DNA of 64,000 nt from an uncultured Saprospirales bacterium (GTDB lineage: Bacteria; Bacteroidota; Bacteroidia; Chitinophagales; Saprospiraceae): contig CALAZP010000190.1 of NCBI GenBank assembly GCA_937926355.1, positions 40-64,039 of the forward strand. Direction: 5' to 3'. A program made the position numbers and the translations under genes. Positions within the stretch are counted from its first letter, which is position 1. The number at the start of each line of letters is the position of its first letter. A model generated the notes under the pieces. That model was not told where the DNA came from. It saw nothing but the letters and a program-made list of their open reading frames with translations, and did no database searches. This document shows positions 48,029-56,865 of the stretch, one piece after another.

Positions 48029-49552
48029 ATGATCAAATTTAACGTATCTGAGGATCAACAATGGCTAATACTCGCTCAATCAAATGATGAGATAGAAAAA
48101 AGGCAAATTGAGATCTCTTTAACCAAGAAAATACACAATTGGTATTTTCACCCGCTAGTTAAGAAGAAGATCTGGGACGGTAATATTTGCTTTATAGAAA
48201 AAAGAGGGCCATTTTGGAAAGTCCCAGTTGGGCTCTGGAGGGAGGTTCTGGAGATAGGTAAAGAGTTTGGTATAGACATCGACATTGAGGGCCTTGATAA
48301 GATAATACTCAGCGACTTAACTCTGGAAGAGTTCCAAGAATGGGTAGACGGGTTCTTTGCAGATAAGGATATTACTCCCCGTGATTATCAGGTTGAAGCT
48401 GCATGGAAAATCGTAAAGTATAGGTATTCTGTATCTGAGATTGCTACTTCCTCTGGTAAGACACTTATATCCTTTATGATATTTGCTTTTCTTAAGCAGA
48501 GGGGACTGATTAGAAAGTTCTTAATGATTGTACCAAACACTAACCTAGTCTTCCAAGGAAACGGTGACTTTATAGATTATGGCATTGGCGAACTTGGTGT
48601 GAGAATCCAGCAAATTGGAGGTGGTAGTAAGCTTAGAGAAGGGTGTGATCTTATAATAGGTACTTTCCAATCTTTGGTTAAAAAAGACGAGGACTTCTTT
48701 GAGGAGATTGATGCAGTTTTCGTTGATGAAGCACATCACACAAACTCCATGTCAATTAAGAAGATTGTTGCTAAGTGTATGCACAGTAAGTGGAGGTTTG
48801 GTTTAACTGGGACACTTACTAAAAGGGGTTCAGCTGATCATTTAACCATACAGCAATTTTTGGGACCTGTTGTCGTTGAGATCTCACCGGATTTCCTTTT
48901 CAAAAATAAACACGCAACCCCGGTCCACATCAAGGTGGTAAGGATGAATTGGTTAGATGACGAGATCAAGGGGAAACTAGCAGATCTAAAAGCTAATTCA
49001 CAAAGTCTTGAGGGTAATGAACTTTATAACCTTGAGAGGAAACTTGTAATTGAAAGCGAGAAAAGACTTAATTACGTAGTTGAATTCATATCTAAAACAT
49101 CTAAGAATTCCTTGGTCCTATTCCAATCAGTAAAGGACGAGTATGGTAAGCAGATCTGGAATAGACTCAGGGAGGTAACCAACGATAAGGAGGTTTTTTA
49201 TGTCGATGGTGATACAGACGAATCTCTCAGGGAAGAGTATAAATCTAGGATGGCAAACGGTGAGAATAAAATACTGGTTGCGACATATGGCACTTTTTCT
49301 ACGGGTATCTCTATTAACAATCTTCACAACATTTTCTTGGTTGAGTCTTATAAGAGCGAGGTTCTCATTAAGCAGAGCCTCGGTAGGGGAATGAGAAAAA
49401 TGGACGGAAAGGAAAAAGTTAACGTGATTGACTTTGTGGACGATTTTTCCTCCCCAAAATACAAGAACTACCTGCTTAAGCACAGCGAAGCAAGGATTGA
49501 GATCTATAAAAACGAAAAGTTCAAGTATAAGATCTTTAATGTTAATCTCTAA
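48029..49552 (+). CDS. uvsW: SF2 DNA helicase, T4 UvsW-like
   Basis: Motif I TSSGKT, motif II VDEAHH, motif III TGT, motif VI QSLGRGMR; YGTFSTGISINNLHNIFL and C-terminal NYLLKH..KFKYKIFNVNL resemble UvsW. Confidence 0.7.
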   Translation: MIKFNVSEDQQWLILAQSNDEIEKRQIEISLTKKIHNWYFHPLVKKKIWDGNICFIEKRGPFWKVPVGLWREVLEIGKEFGIDIDIEGLDKIILSDLTLEEFQEWVDGFFADKDITPRDYQVEAAWKIVKYRYSVSEIATSSGKTLISFMIFAFLKQRGLIRKFLMIVPNTNLVFQGNGDFIDYGIGELGVRIQQIGGGSKLREGCDLIIGTFQSLVKKDEDFFEEIDAVFVDEAHHTNSMSIKKIVAKCMHSKWRFGLTGTLTKRGSADHLTIQQFLGPVVVEISPDFLFKNKHATPVHIKVVRMNWLDDEIKGKLADLKANSQSLEGNELYNLERKLVIESEKRLNYVVEFISKTSKNSLVLFQSVKDEYGKQIWNRLREVTNDKEVFYVDGDTDESLREEYKSRMANGENKILVATYGTFSTGISINNLHNIFLVESYKSEVLIKQSLGRGMRKMDGKEKVNVIDFVDDFSSPKYKNYLLKHSEARIEIYKNEKFKYKIFNVNL

Positions 49553-49562
49553 CCATTTGTCC

Positions 49563-49570
49563 GATATATA
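49563..49570 (+). promoter_or_regulatory. Intergenic octamer GATATATA (candidate promoter element)
   Basis: Context gtccGATATATAggat; 18 nt upstream of the ATG at 49589. Confidence 0.45.
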
Positions 49571-49588
49571 GGATAAATGAGGAAGAAA

Positions 49589-50077
49589 ATGGATAACATA
49601 AAAGATTTTCAAAGTTTTCTCAACGAGAATATTGAAAGAAGAGAACCATATTCTGCTACTGAGTGGATCAAGCAGAAAAGGAGAAGTATAGAGGCAGAAA
49701 CCGGCGCTGAGAAAATCTACCAAATGACTTATGATGAAGGGGGTGCTTTGCAGAGACTTGTAAAAGGTGCTGTTGAAGGGCTTCGAAACCTGGGTCAGGG
49801 AATTGCTGATCTTTTCGATTCTGGTAAGGCAGCAAGCATGGATATTGAGGGTCTTAGTAAAAATAAAGATCAGGTTTTATCTAGATGGGGAGATTCAATT
49901 AGAGCTTCTGGAAAAAACAAAAGGGGAGAATATGAAACCTTTTACAGAGACGCTATCCGAAAAGGTAAGTCAACTTTCGGTAAAGACTTTGACATCAACA
50001 ACCCACAGGGAAGAGACCAGCAACTTTACAGGGATTATGTCTTTTCTGCCACAGATTATTTTGATTTAGGAAGATGA
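49589..50077 (+). CDS. Hypothetical protein with leader MDNIKDFQSFLNE
   Basis: Start moved to the second ATG: the listed 49577 lies only 6 nt after the octamer, and gaggaag precedes 49589. The stop overlaps the next start (ATGA). Confidence 0.5.
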   Translation: MDNIKDFQSFLNENIERREPYSATEWIKQKRRSIEAETGAEKIYQMTYDEGGALQRLVKGAVEGLRNLGQGIADLFDSGKAASMDIEGLSKNKDQVLSRWGDSIRASGKNKRGEYETFYRDAIRKGKSTFGKDFDINNPQGRDQQLYRDYVFSATDYFDLGR

Positions 50078-50985
50078 GAAACGTGCTAAAATTCGGAGAT
50101 TACGTTTCGCTGTTCGAAGGTGGAGCTGCGATAAAGGAATCTAGGAGGATAAAGGAGAGTGAGGTTCCAAAAACCATGGAGTCCATCAAAGAAATTCTTT
50201 TCCCTCTGCTTGGTGGTGGGGAGGTAGACAAGGAGTATCTTATCATTGGTAGCATTGGTAAAAAGAAAGATCAAAATGACACATCTGGTGATATCGATCT
50301 TGGTATAGATAAAAAGTTCCTCTCTAAGAAGCTGGGTGTTTCTGAAGATGATGTTCTCGGAGCTTTATACAAAAATCTTTCGGAGACCTTACACAACAAA
50401 CTTGGCTTTGTACCAGATATGAAATTGATGAGAGGAATTAACGTTCTCTCGATTGGTTGGCCTATAGAGGGTGACGCTGAAAATGGTATAGTTCAATTAG
50501 ATCTTATTCCAATTTCTGATATGGAATGGGCTAAGTTTATATTCTATTCCCCAGATTACAGAAAGAACGAAAGTAAATACAAGTCGGCTCACAGAAACTG
50601 GCTTTTCCAAGCAATTCTTTCAGCACTAAAGGAAGTAATTTCTAAGGACGAAAATGGTGAACTGGAGGATTTTTATTCTTATGCCCTGAGGTTAAGCGAT
50701 GGGATTTACAAAAATAAGAAGTCTTTTAGGGGTGCTACAAAAAGACTCAAAAGTCCTAAAACGGTTAAAGGAAAAAGCACTTTGGTAACTAGAGATCCAG
50801 ACGAGTTTGTTGAGATGATGTTTGGTGGTGGGATTAAGAAGGAGGATCTAAAATCTTTTGAGGATGCTTGGAAGTTGGTTTCTTCTCCAAACTTTGTCCA
50901 TGCTGACAAGAGGGACGAGATCAGGGACGATCTGGAAAGATATTTAACAAACGGTGGATTTGAAATCCCCACCGAGATCAAATAA
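50074..50985 (+). CDS. Pol-beta-superfamily nucleotidyltransferase-like protein
   Basis: GSIGKKKDQNDTSGDIDLGID fits G[SG]-x(9-13)-D-x-D; third acidic candidate in VQLDLIP. Confidence 0.55.
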   Translation: MRNVLKFGDYVSLFEGGAAIKESRRIKESEVPKTMESIKEILFPLLGGGEVDKEYLIIGSIGKKKDQNDTSGDIDLGIDKKFLSKKLGVSEDDVLGALYKNLSETLHNKLGFVPDMKLMRGINVLSIGWPIEGDAENGIVQLDLIPISDMEWAKFIFYSPDYRKNESKYKSAHRNWLFQAILSALKEVISKDENGELEDFYSYALRLSDGIYKNKKSFRGATKRLKSPKTVKGKSTLVTRDPDEFVEMMFGGGIKKEDLKSFEDAWKLVSSPNFVHADKRDEIRDDLERYLTNGGFEIPTEIK

Positions 50986-51437
50986 TGGAGTTTACACAAA
51001 AACATAACGATTTAATCTACGGCGCCTTGGAGGTTTTCTTAGAAAAGGATTCACCTTCCCTAGTAGCGAGGGAAGAAGATGGACTTATTTCTTTTTCTAC
51101 CGTACTTGGTTTAAGTGGTGTAATTGAGAAGGAAGAGAATGGAAGTGCTAATGTATTTTTGGAGGGTCAAAAGTACTATGAAATTGAGAAAGAGGTTTTC
51201 CATCTAATAGAGAATAGAAACGATGCCCCAGAGGTTGAGTCTCTATTGGAAGAGTTGGCTATAATACATCAGATGGAATTACAGGAAAGATCGAAAATTC
51301 TTATAGAAACGATCATAAGAGGTTTAGCAAAACTTATAGTGGACCAAAAGGTAACTGTCGGAGTTGATATCCAACTTGGACCTGTACTTATTAAGAACAC
51401 CGATGAGATGGGGAACGTAAAAATTCTATTGAACTAA
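50985..51437 (+). CDS. Hypothetical acidic protein, 150 aa
   Basis: ORF with a TAATG overlap to the upstream gene. Confidence 0.45.
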   Translation: MEFTQKHNDLIYGALEVFLEKDSPSLVAREEDGLISFSTVLGLSGVIEKEENGSANVFLEGQKYYEIEKEVFHLIENRNDAPEVESLLEELAIIHQMELQERSKILIETIIRGLAKLIVDQKVTVGVDIQLGPVLIKNTDEMGNVKILLN

Positions 51438-51441
51438 GAGG

Positions 51442-53355
51442 ATGGCTGGGATAAATCACTTATATGACATTTACAACAAAAAAGGATCTGACTTTGTCAA
51501 TCAGCTTTTTAATCGTTATGTAACCATCAACGAAAAGATGGATGGCTCGGCTTTTTCTTTTGAAAGAGATAAGGAATCTGGAAATTTCCGGTTTTATAGG
51601 AGGGATCAAAGAAATCCAATAACTTTAGTGGACAGGACTCTCATGAAATATTACGAGAAGCCAATCCAGTATATCGAATCTCTTCCTCCAAACATACTTG
51701 AAAAAATACCTAGAGGATTGAGATTCGGGCTGGAATATTTTTCAAACACTAAACCTGTAGAGATCTCCTACGATAGATTGCCAAAGAATAACTTGATTCT
51801 TTCTTATATCCACAAGATGGGTACTGGAGGTAAGATAGAAAGCACTATTCAGGATAAGGGGGAATTAGACAATTGGGCAGATCTGATTGGGGTTGAAAGA
51901 CCACCAATTGTTTTTCAGGGAGTTCTAGACGAGGACCAGAAATCTGAACTTATGGAGTTTTTGAACACCCCGTTCAAGGATCTTGTCGAAAGATTCAAAA
52001 CTCAATCTTTTGTTAGGTTTGTTATTAAGACCCTGAACCCAGAGTTAACCAAAACTGCTCTCAACGATGACCTAGATAAGGACGTCGAGGGAATAGTTTT
52101 TAGGTTTGGCGAGCCCGATGGTGATAGTGATACCGTTTTAGCTAAAATGGTAGATCCAATATTCACCGAGATTGCTAAGCAAAAGTTTGCTGACAAAAAG
52201 AGCAAAAAGCCTTCTGATTTTCTAGGTATTACGCTGCTCGACGTAATGAATTTCATTTTGGAGAAAGATCTTTCCGAATTTGAAGTTGAAGGCGAGTCTG
52301 AGGACGAGAGATACATTTCCTTTATAGGAGACGTTTTTGTCAAGTTCCTTGATGAATACGAGGAAAAGTATAAGGGTACTGATTTCGAAGAACCAGATTA
52401 TCTAAAAAGAGAAGAATTTAGGTTAAACAAGGAAAAAATTAAGGATAGAAGAGTTCTTAAGTATGTTGAAAAAGACGACTCGTTCGAATCTCTATTCAAA
52501 CTCATTCTTAATTCCTTTAGAAAAATAAAAACCAGAGCTGGTGGAATAATCACAGCTGGTATGAAGGACCAAATGAATCTTTTGATCAAAGACATTAAGG
52601 ACTACATCAAAAAACCAGAGAAGAACGTAAACGAATCTAGGTTTATTAGCTTCGGTGAATTTAGGAAGGAGAACACCCCCTCTGTAGAATACCTACAGGA
52701 GGAGGATGATTCGGATACAAGTGATGATCCTTTTTTCTCATACCGTGAATTCATCAGCAAACTTGAGACTATTGATAACGAGGAGTTGCCAAACGAGGTA
52801 GAGATTCTTAAAGAGGACGATACCGAGGAAAGAAAGCCGGTAAATGTCATAATGGGTAGATTTCAGCCCTTCCACCAGGGGCACCTCAAGATGGCAAAGG
52901 ATCTTATGGAGAAAAACGATTTGCCTTCATTCGTTGTTGTAGTTTATCCTGGCCACAACAAGTCTGGAAAATCCCCATTTGATGAAGAATCTATCAAAAG
53001 ATACATGAATGCGATAGTTGCCAACAATGAAGAGATAGAAGGCTATGTTCTTGCTACTCGGGGACTTCTTGGTTCTGCCATTGCAAGACTAATAGATATG
53101 GGATATGATCCTAAGTTAATTGGTGCAGGCCCCGACCGAATAGATGACTACTCTAAGCAGATAGACTATGTTAAGATGTCTGATATAAAAGACAAAATAA
53201 GCGATGACCTAAGCATAGTAGAAACCCCAAGAGTAACGAGCGGTACCGAAGTTAGGCAAGCTATGAAAGACCAAGATTTTGCCAAGTTTAAAAAGATGGT
53301 TCCAAAAGAGGTCTCAAACCTCTATAATGACCTCATTACAAGCGTCAGGGACTGA
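51442..53355 (+). CDS. Fusion protein: N-terminal covalent nucleotidyltransferase (RNA/DNA ligase-like) domain plus C-terminal NMN adenylyltransferase-like (HxGH cytidylyltransferase fold) domain
   Basis: Ligase motifs: I INEKMDGS, III RFGLEYF, IV VEGIVFRF, V VLAKMVDP. C-terminal: IMGRFQPFHQGH and TSGTEVRQAM. Confidence 0.65.
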   Translation: MAGINHLYDIYNKKGSDFVNQLFNRYVTINEKMDGSAFSFERDKESGNFRFYRRDQRNPITLVDRTLMKYYEKPIQYIESLPPNILEKIPRGLRFGLEYFSNTKPVEISYDRLPKNNLILSYIHKMGTGGKIESTIQDKGELDNWADLIGVERPPIVFQGVLDEDQKSELMEFLNTPFKDLVERFKTQSFVRFVIKTLNPELTKTALNDDLDKDVEGIVFRFGEPDGDSDTVLAKMVDPIFTEIAKQKFADKKSKKPSDFLGITLLDVMNFILEKDLSEFEVEGESEDERYISFIGDVFVKFLDEYEEKYKGTDFEEPDYLKREEFRLNKEKIKDRRVLKYVEKDDSFESLFKLILNSFRKIKTRAGGIITAGMKDQMNLLIKDIKDYIKKPEKNVNESRFISFGEFRKENTPSVEYLQEEDDSDTSDDPFFSYREFISKLETIDNEELPNEVEILKEDDTEERKPVNVIMGRFQPFHQGHLKMAKDLMEKNDLPSFVVVVYPGHNKSGKSPFDEESIKRYMNAIVANNEEIEGYVLATRGLLGSAIARLIDMGYDPKLIGAGPDRIDDYSKQIDYVKMSDIKDKISDDLSIVETPRVTSGTEVRQAMKDQDFAKFKKMVPKEVSNLYNDLITSVRD

Positions 53356-53361
53356 TATATA
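53354..53361 (+). promoter_or_regulatory. Octamer GATATATA overlapping the upstream stop codon (candidate promoter element)
   Basis: Context ggacTGATATATAaaaa; 19 nt upstream of the GTG at 53381. Confidence 0.45.
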
Positions 53362-53380
53362 AAAAAATACAAATAAACCA

Positions 53381-53920
53381 GTGGATAAAAGAATACAGAG
53401 CTTCTCCGACTTCCTAAAGGCTTCTTCGATTAACGAGGGAGATGGATTTGGGACCTATCCTTTCTTATTAGTAAAGGATGGTGACATTTACAACTACCTT
53501 TTCCAATTAGAACTTGAGAATGGTTCTCAGAAAGGATTTATGTTGGTGGTTGGCAAATATTCTCAGTATGAGACAATGGAGGGACCTAAAAACTCTTACG
53601 CAGTTCTAAATATAAACGAGATAGCTCCTGAAATTATAGAAGATATTGCTATCAAGAAATCCGAAATACCCGATCTAAATGATGCTAAGTTTAATCTTAA
53701 GGACAATGTCCTAAGCAGATTTTTAGAGCAGATATCTAAGGCTTTATTAAATTATCTTGAGAAAAATCCAAAAGTAATTCGTATATTTGACGAAATGCAG
53801 GGTAATATGGATATCGAAAACTATGAAGAAATGGTAAAATCAGTTTTACTTTCCTTCTTAGGTCCAGAATGGGCAATCCAGGAAGGATCTCACAAGGGAA
53901 CATTCATAATCAGTAGATAA
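53381..53920 (+). CDS. Hypothetical protein with leader (M)DKRIQSFSDFLKASSINE
   Basis: GTG start; N-terminus paralogous to the leaders at 49589 and 58507. Confidence 0.5.
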   Translation: MDKRIQSFSDFLKASSINEGDGFGTYPFLLVKDGDIYNYLFQLELENGSQKGFMLVVGKYSQYETMEGPKNSYAVLNINEIAPEIIEDIAIKKSEIPDLNDAKFNLKDNVLSRFLEQISKALLNYLEKNPKVIRIFDEMQGNMDIENYEEMVKSVLLSFLGPEWAIQEGSHKGTFIISR

Positions 53921-53951
53921 TCCAAATTGAAACATTTACTCTTAACAATCC

Positions 53952-53959
53952 TATAAATA
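53952..53959 (+). promoter_or_regulatory. TATAAATA box (identical to the T4 late-promoter consensus)
   Basis: cTATAAATAagg; 18 nt upstream of the ATG at 53978. Confidence 0.35.
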
Positions 53960-53977
53960 AGGAAAATTTAAACAACT

Positions 53978-54154
53978 ATGGAAAATTTCGATCGAATCAA
54001 AGAAGTTATGGAAGCTGCAGAAGCTGACGTAGCAAAGTTTGTTGAAAAAGGCAATAAGGCAGCTGGAACAAGAGTTCGCCAAGCCATGCAAGAAGTTAAG
54101 AAGCTTGCTCAACAAGTAAGGTTGGATGTTCAGGAGATAAAGAACAACTCTTAA
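53978..54154 (+). CDS. Histone H1-like / Hc1-like small basic DNA-binding protein (Bacteroidota-type), 58 aa
   Basis: My translation: MENFDRIKEVMEAAEADVAKFVEKGNKAAGTRVRQAMQEVKKLAQQVRLDVQEIKNNS*. The core KFVEKGNKAAG.R.R matches the family. Absent from the ORF track, which lists only an antisense ORF here. Confidence 0.6.
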   Translation: MENFDRIKEVMEAAEADVAKFVEKGNKAAGTRVRQAMQEVKKLAQQVRLDVQEIKNNS

Positions 54155-54178
54155 GAAACCAAACCACAAACAGATATT

Positions 54179-54204
54179 AGGCAGCCCTTCAGGCTGCCTT
54201 TTCT
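54179..54204 (+). terminator. Rho-independent terminator
   Basis: AGGCAGCC-CTTCA-GGCTGCCT followed by TTTCT. Confidence 0.75.
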
Positions 54205-54243
54205 GTGTACATGGAAATGGAAATGGAATAAAACCACCTAATC

Positions 54244-54251
54244 GATATATA
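54244..54251 (+). promoter_or_regulatory. Intergenic octamer GATATATA (candidate promoter element)
   Basis: Context aatcGATATATAagat; 19 nt upstream of the ATG at 54271. Confidence 0.45.
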
Positions 54252-54270
54252 AGATGTAAATTTTATACAC

Positions 54271-54477
54271 ATGGGATATTACGTAGCAAAAGTTAGTTTT
54301 GAATCAACTGAAACCAAAAGAAATGGTGATCCAGTAATTCACAAATCAGAATTTCTAGTTGCAGCTGAGTCTGTGCTAGAGGTTGAGACGAAAGTAGCGG
54401 AGTTCCTTGAGGGAACCACTGGATTCTTTGAAACCACACAGATTTCAAAATCCAAAATCGAAGCAGTTATAGAATAA
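54271..54477 (+). CDS. Hypothetical protein, 68 aa
   Basis: ORF after a promoter-like octamer. Confidence 0.45.
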   Translation: MGYYVAKVSFESTETKRNGDPVIHKSEFLVAAESVLEVETKVAEFLEGTTGFFETTQISKSKIEAVIE

Positions 54478-54773
54478 TGGCAAATACCGGCAGCTATATT
54501 CCCCCACAATCCCCCATTGCTATCCAACCTGGAGACAAGGGATTTGAGATAGTTGGGAAGAGTTACAATAGATGGCTTTGGACATTCCCCGATTGGAAGA
54601 AGGGAAAGAAGAAGATAATTAATCCTGCAACTAACTGGGAATTGAACGCAAAGCCAATGAGTCCTGCAGAGATAAAGAAAAAGATGAAAGGTCTTTATCT
54701 ACAGGAGGATAACGATAAAAAAGTAGAGGAGAGCATGAAAATCATTACTCCCTACGAAAAATATAAGATTTGA
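54477..54773 (+). CDS. Hypothetical protein, 98 aa
   Basis: ORF; TAATG overlap with the upstream gene. Confidence 0.45.
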   Translation: MANTGSYIPPQSPIAIQPGDKGFEIVGKSYNRWLWTFPDWKKGKKKIINPATNWELNAKPMSPAEIKKKMKGLYLQEDNDKKVEESMKIITPYEKYKI

Positions 54774-54774
54774 A

Positions 54775-55212
54775 ATGCCCTCGGTTAGTAAAGCACAGCA
54801 AGCAATTATGGGTCAAGCTTGGGCTCTAAGACAAAACGAGCTAAAGCTCAAGGACATCAATGCTAAATACAGAAAAGAAATCGAAAAGATTGCTTTTGGT
54901 TACAAGGACAAGGACGGAAAGTTTATTGCACCTATGACTGACAAGGAACTTAAAAAGTTTGCAAAAACAAAATCTAAGGATTTACCCGAGAACGTAAAAG
55001 ACGGTAAACCGGTGAATGAGGAAAAATTCACTCCGGGGATAACCAGTTCTAAGGGAGTTCCATCCTTTACACCTAGTATTACTTTTGGTGGAGAAATTAA
55101 ACCCATTATACCTTATCTAGACACGGATGCAAAAAAAGAGAAGCCTGGGAAGAAAAACCTAGAGAATCTCAAGGATTATAGGGACTGGATAAAGGAAAGA
55201 AAGAAGTCATGA
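54775..55212 (+). CDS. Hypothetical Lys-rich protein, 145 aa
   Basis: ORF; N-terminal SKAQQAIMGQAWA motif. Confidence 0.45.
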   Translation: MPSVSKAQQAIMGQAWALRQNELKLKDINAKYRKEIEKIAFGYKDKDGKFIAPMTDKELKKFAKTKSKDLPENVKDGKPVNEEKFTPGITSSKGVPSFTPSITFGGEIKPIIPYLDTDAKKEKPGKKNLENLKDYRDWIKERKKS

Positions 55213-55619
55213 TAAATCTTTTTGAGTTTGATAAGTATGATCCTAAATCTGAATATCTTGAGGATGAAAGGAGAAACATAGATCTGGATAAGATAAGAAA
55301 GTCTGATGCTTATATGGATATTTTAGACCTCGGTTTTTCCGATGAAACCTCGGATCAACAGGAACTAAACAATACACTCAAATTCAAAAGAAAGAATCAG
55401 CCTGAGGTAAAGGGATATGGTGAGGTATTTTACACTATACACCCAACAGGTGTAGTTCGTCGCTATAACCCAATCAAATCAAATGAAACCCCAGAGGGAC
55501 AAGGAAATACTATTAGGACTTATCCATCACCTTTCAGAAACGGTAAGGAATATAAAAAGGCATTAAGATACCTCTTTAATTATCTACGGAGAAAGGAATT
55601 AAGGAAAGACTATAGATAA
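55209..55619 (+). CDS. Hypothetical protein, 136 aa
   Basis: ORF; ATGA overlap with the upstream gene. Confidence 0.45.
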   Translation: MINLFEFDKYDPKSEYLEDERRNIDLDKIRKSDAYMDILDLGFSDETSDQQELNNTLKFKRKNQPEVKGYGEVFYTIHPTGVVRRYNPIKSNETPEGQGNTIRTYPSPFRNGKEYKKALRYLFNYLRRKELRKDYR

Positions 55620-55647
55620 ATATAGAAACAACTTAAAGAATACTAAA

Positions 55648-55875
55648 ATGGGATGTGGATGCAATAAAGGGTCAAGGAGTGAGACAAGCACTCAAACTAC
55701 AAAGCAATACGATGACCTTTCTGGTAAGTTTATACTTGACACACAGGGTAACAAATTTCTTGTAACTTCGCCAATATATGATGCTTATAAGGATATTGTT
55801 GGCTACACTGTCAAGGACGAGCAGGGAAACTCTCTTAGAATATTTGCAAAGAATGTTCAAAAAATACTAGATTAA
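55648..55875 (+). CDS. Hypothetical protein, 75 aa (N-terminal MGCGCNKG)
   Basis: ORF. Confidence 0.4.
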   Translation: MGCGCNKGSRSETSTQTTKQYDDLSGKFILDTQGNKFLVTSPIYDAYKDIVGYTVKDEQGNSLRIFAKNVQKILD

Positions 55876-55876
55876 A

Positions 55877-56371
55877 ATGGATTCAATGTACTATCCAACT
55901 GGAAATTCAACTAACGGACGAACGCTAGTTTGTTTGTGCTGCGAGGATGTTCCGGTAATGGAAGACCAGGAAACCCCAGATGCTATGGAACTTAAGATCA
56001 AGGAATGGTTGGACGAAAACGACTATTGCGTTGAAAAATGGCAAATGGACGAAGAAATGAAAAATTGCGGATGTGAAGGGTATGAACTCCAAGAAATGGA
56101 TGGAGGAGCACCTGCACCAGCTGGAGATGGTGGTGGAGCATTCGCTACATTAGGAACTACCCAGGGGATGGGAAATGTTGAAGCACCTTCGTCTGGCGGT
56201 ACTAATGCAGATTTTTATAGCGGAGCAGTTGGATCCGGCGATAAGTTCCCTTCACTTACGGTAGGAACCCCGGCTGCTAAAGGGGGTTCTGGTAAAAAGA
56301 AGAAAAAGAAAGATAAGGTTGTTAAAAGCTTCGAGGATTTCAAGAAAATGATGAAGTCTTTGCAGAAATAA
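55877..56371 (+). CDS. Hypothetical protein with Cys pairs, a Gly/Ala-rich linker and a poly-Lys tract
   Basis: CLCCED, CGCEGY, GGAPAPAGDGGGA, GKKKKKKDK; C-terminal KSFEDFKKMM. Confidence 0.45.
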   Translation: MDSMYYPTGNSTNGRTLVCLCCEDVPVMEDQETPDAMELKIKEWLDENDYCVEKWQMDEEMKNCGCEGYELQEMDGGAPAPAGDGGGAFATLGTTQGMGNVEAPSSGGTNADFYSGAVGSGDKFPSLTVGTPAAKGGSGKKKKKKDKVVKSFEDFKKMMKSLQK

Positions 56372-56395
56372 GACAAAAAGTCATAACTGTTTGCT

Positions 56396-56425
56396 AAAAG
56401 GTGCCAAAAAGGCACCTTTTTCTTT
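56396..56425 (+). terminator. Rho-independent terminator (A-tract/U-tract symmetric, potentially bidirectional)
   Basis: AAAAGGTGCC-AAAAA-GGCACCTTTT followed by TCTTT. Confidence 0.8.
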
Positions 56426-56476
56426 GCTTTTTATTAGTGGAACAGGATTTGAAATATTAGTAATAAAAAACAAATT

Positions 56477-56833
56477 ATGAACAGAACAACTTTTTACAGT
56501 CCTCTAGAAATGATGGAAAGGATTTTCCACAACACAAATCCTGTTATTCAAAGTAGAAACTACTTTGTGGACGAGAGGGATGGAGAGTATGCTTTAGAAA
56601 TACCGGTCCCTGGTTTTTCTAAAAAAGACATCTCGGTTGATGTCGAAGGAAACTTTTTGGTCATAAGTGGTGAAGATAATGAATCATATTGGACAGATGA
56701 CTTCACGAAGAAATTCAAACTTCCCAATGAAGCTGATCCAGAATTGATTAAAGCGAAGATAGAAGACGGTGTACTTAAGGTTTCAGTGGGTAAGAAGAAA
56801 GAGTCGATGCCTAAGAAGATTAAAATCTCATAA
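56477..56833 (+). CDS. Small heat-shock protein (Hsp20/alpha-crystallin family)
   Basis: YALEIPVPGFSKKDISVDVEGNFLVISGE ... F.KKFKLPNEADPELIKAKIEDGVLKVSV. Confidence 0.85.
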   Translation: MNRTTFYSPLEMMERIFHNTNPVIQSRNYFVDERDGEYALEIPVPGFSKKDISVDVEGNFLVISGEDNESYWTDDFTKKFKLPNEADPELIKAKIEDGVLKVSVGKKKESMPKKIKIS

Positions 56834-56865
56834 GTTCCGAAATTTTTCTTACTTTTATAAATATT

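Noticed and set aside
49127-49723. 198-aa minus-strand ORF spanning the uvsW 3' end and the next gene
   Set aside because: It is antisense to two well-supported plus-strand genes. Its Phe/Leu/Ile-rich composition is typical of reverse-frame reading of AT-rich coding DNA, and it has no motif.
53951-54169. Listed 72-aa minus-strand ORF
   Set aside because: The plus strand encodes a recognisable histone-H1-like protein with its own promoter-like box and terminator. The minus ORF is its antisense shadow.
54211-54231. (ATGGAA)x3-TAA mini-ORF / hexamer repeat between a terminator and a promoter-like octamer
   Set aside because: It has only three units and encodes MEMEME*. There is no evidence of function beyond spacer sequence. 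It is worth a glance only if a leader peptide is sought.
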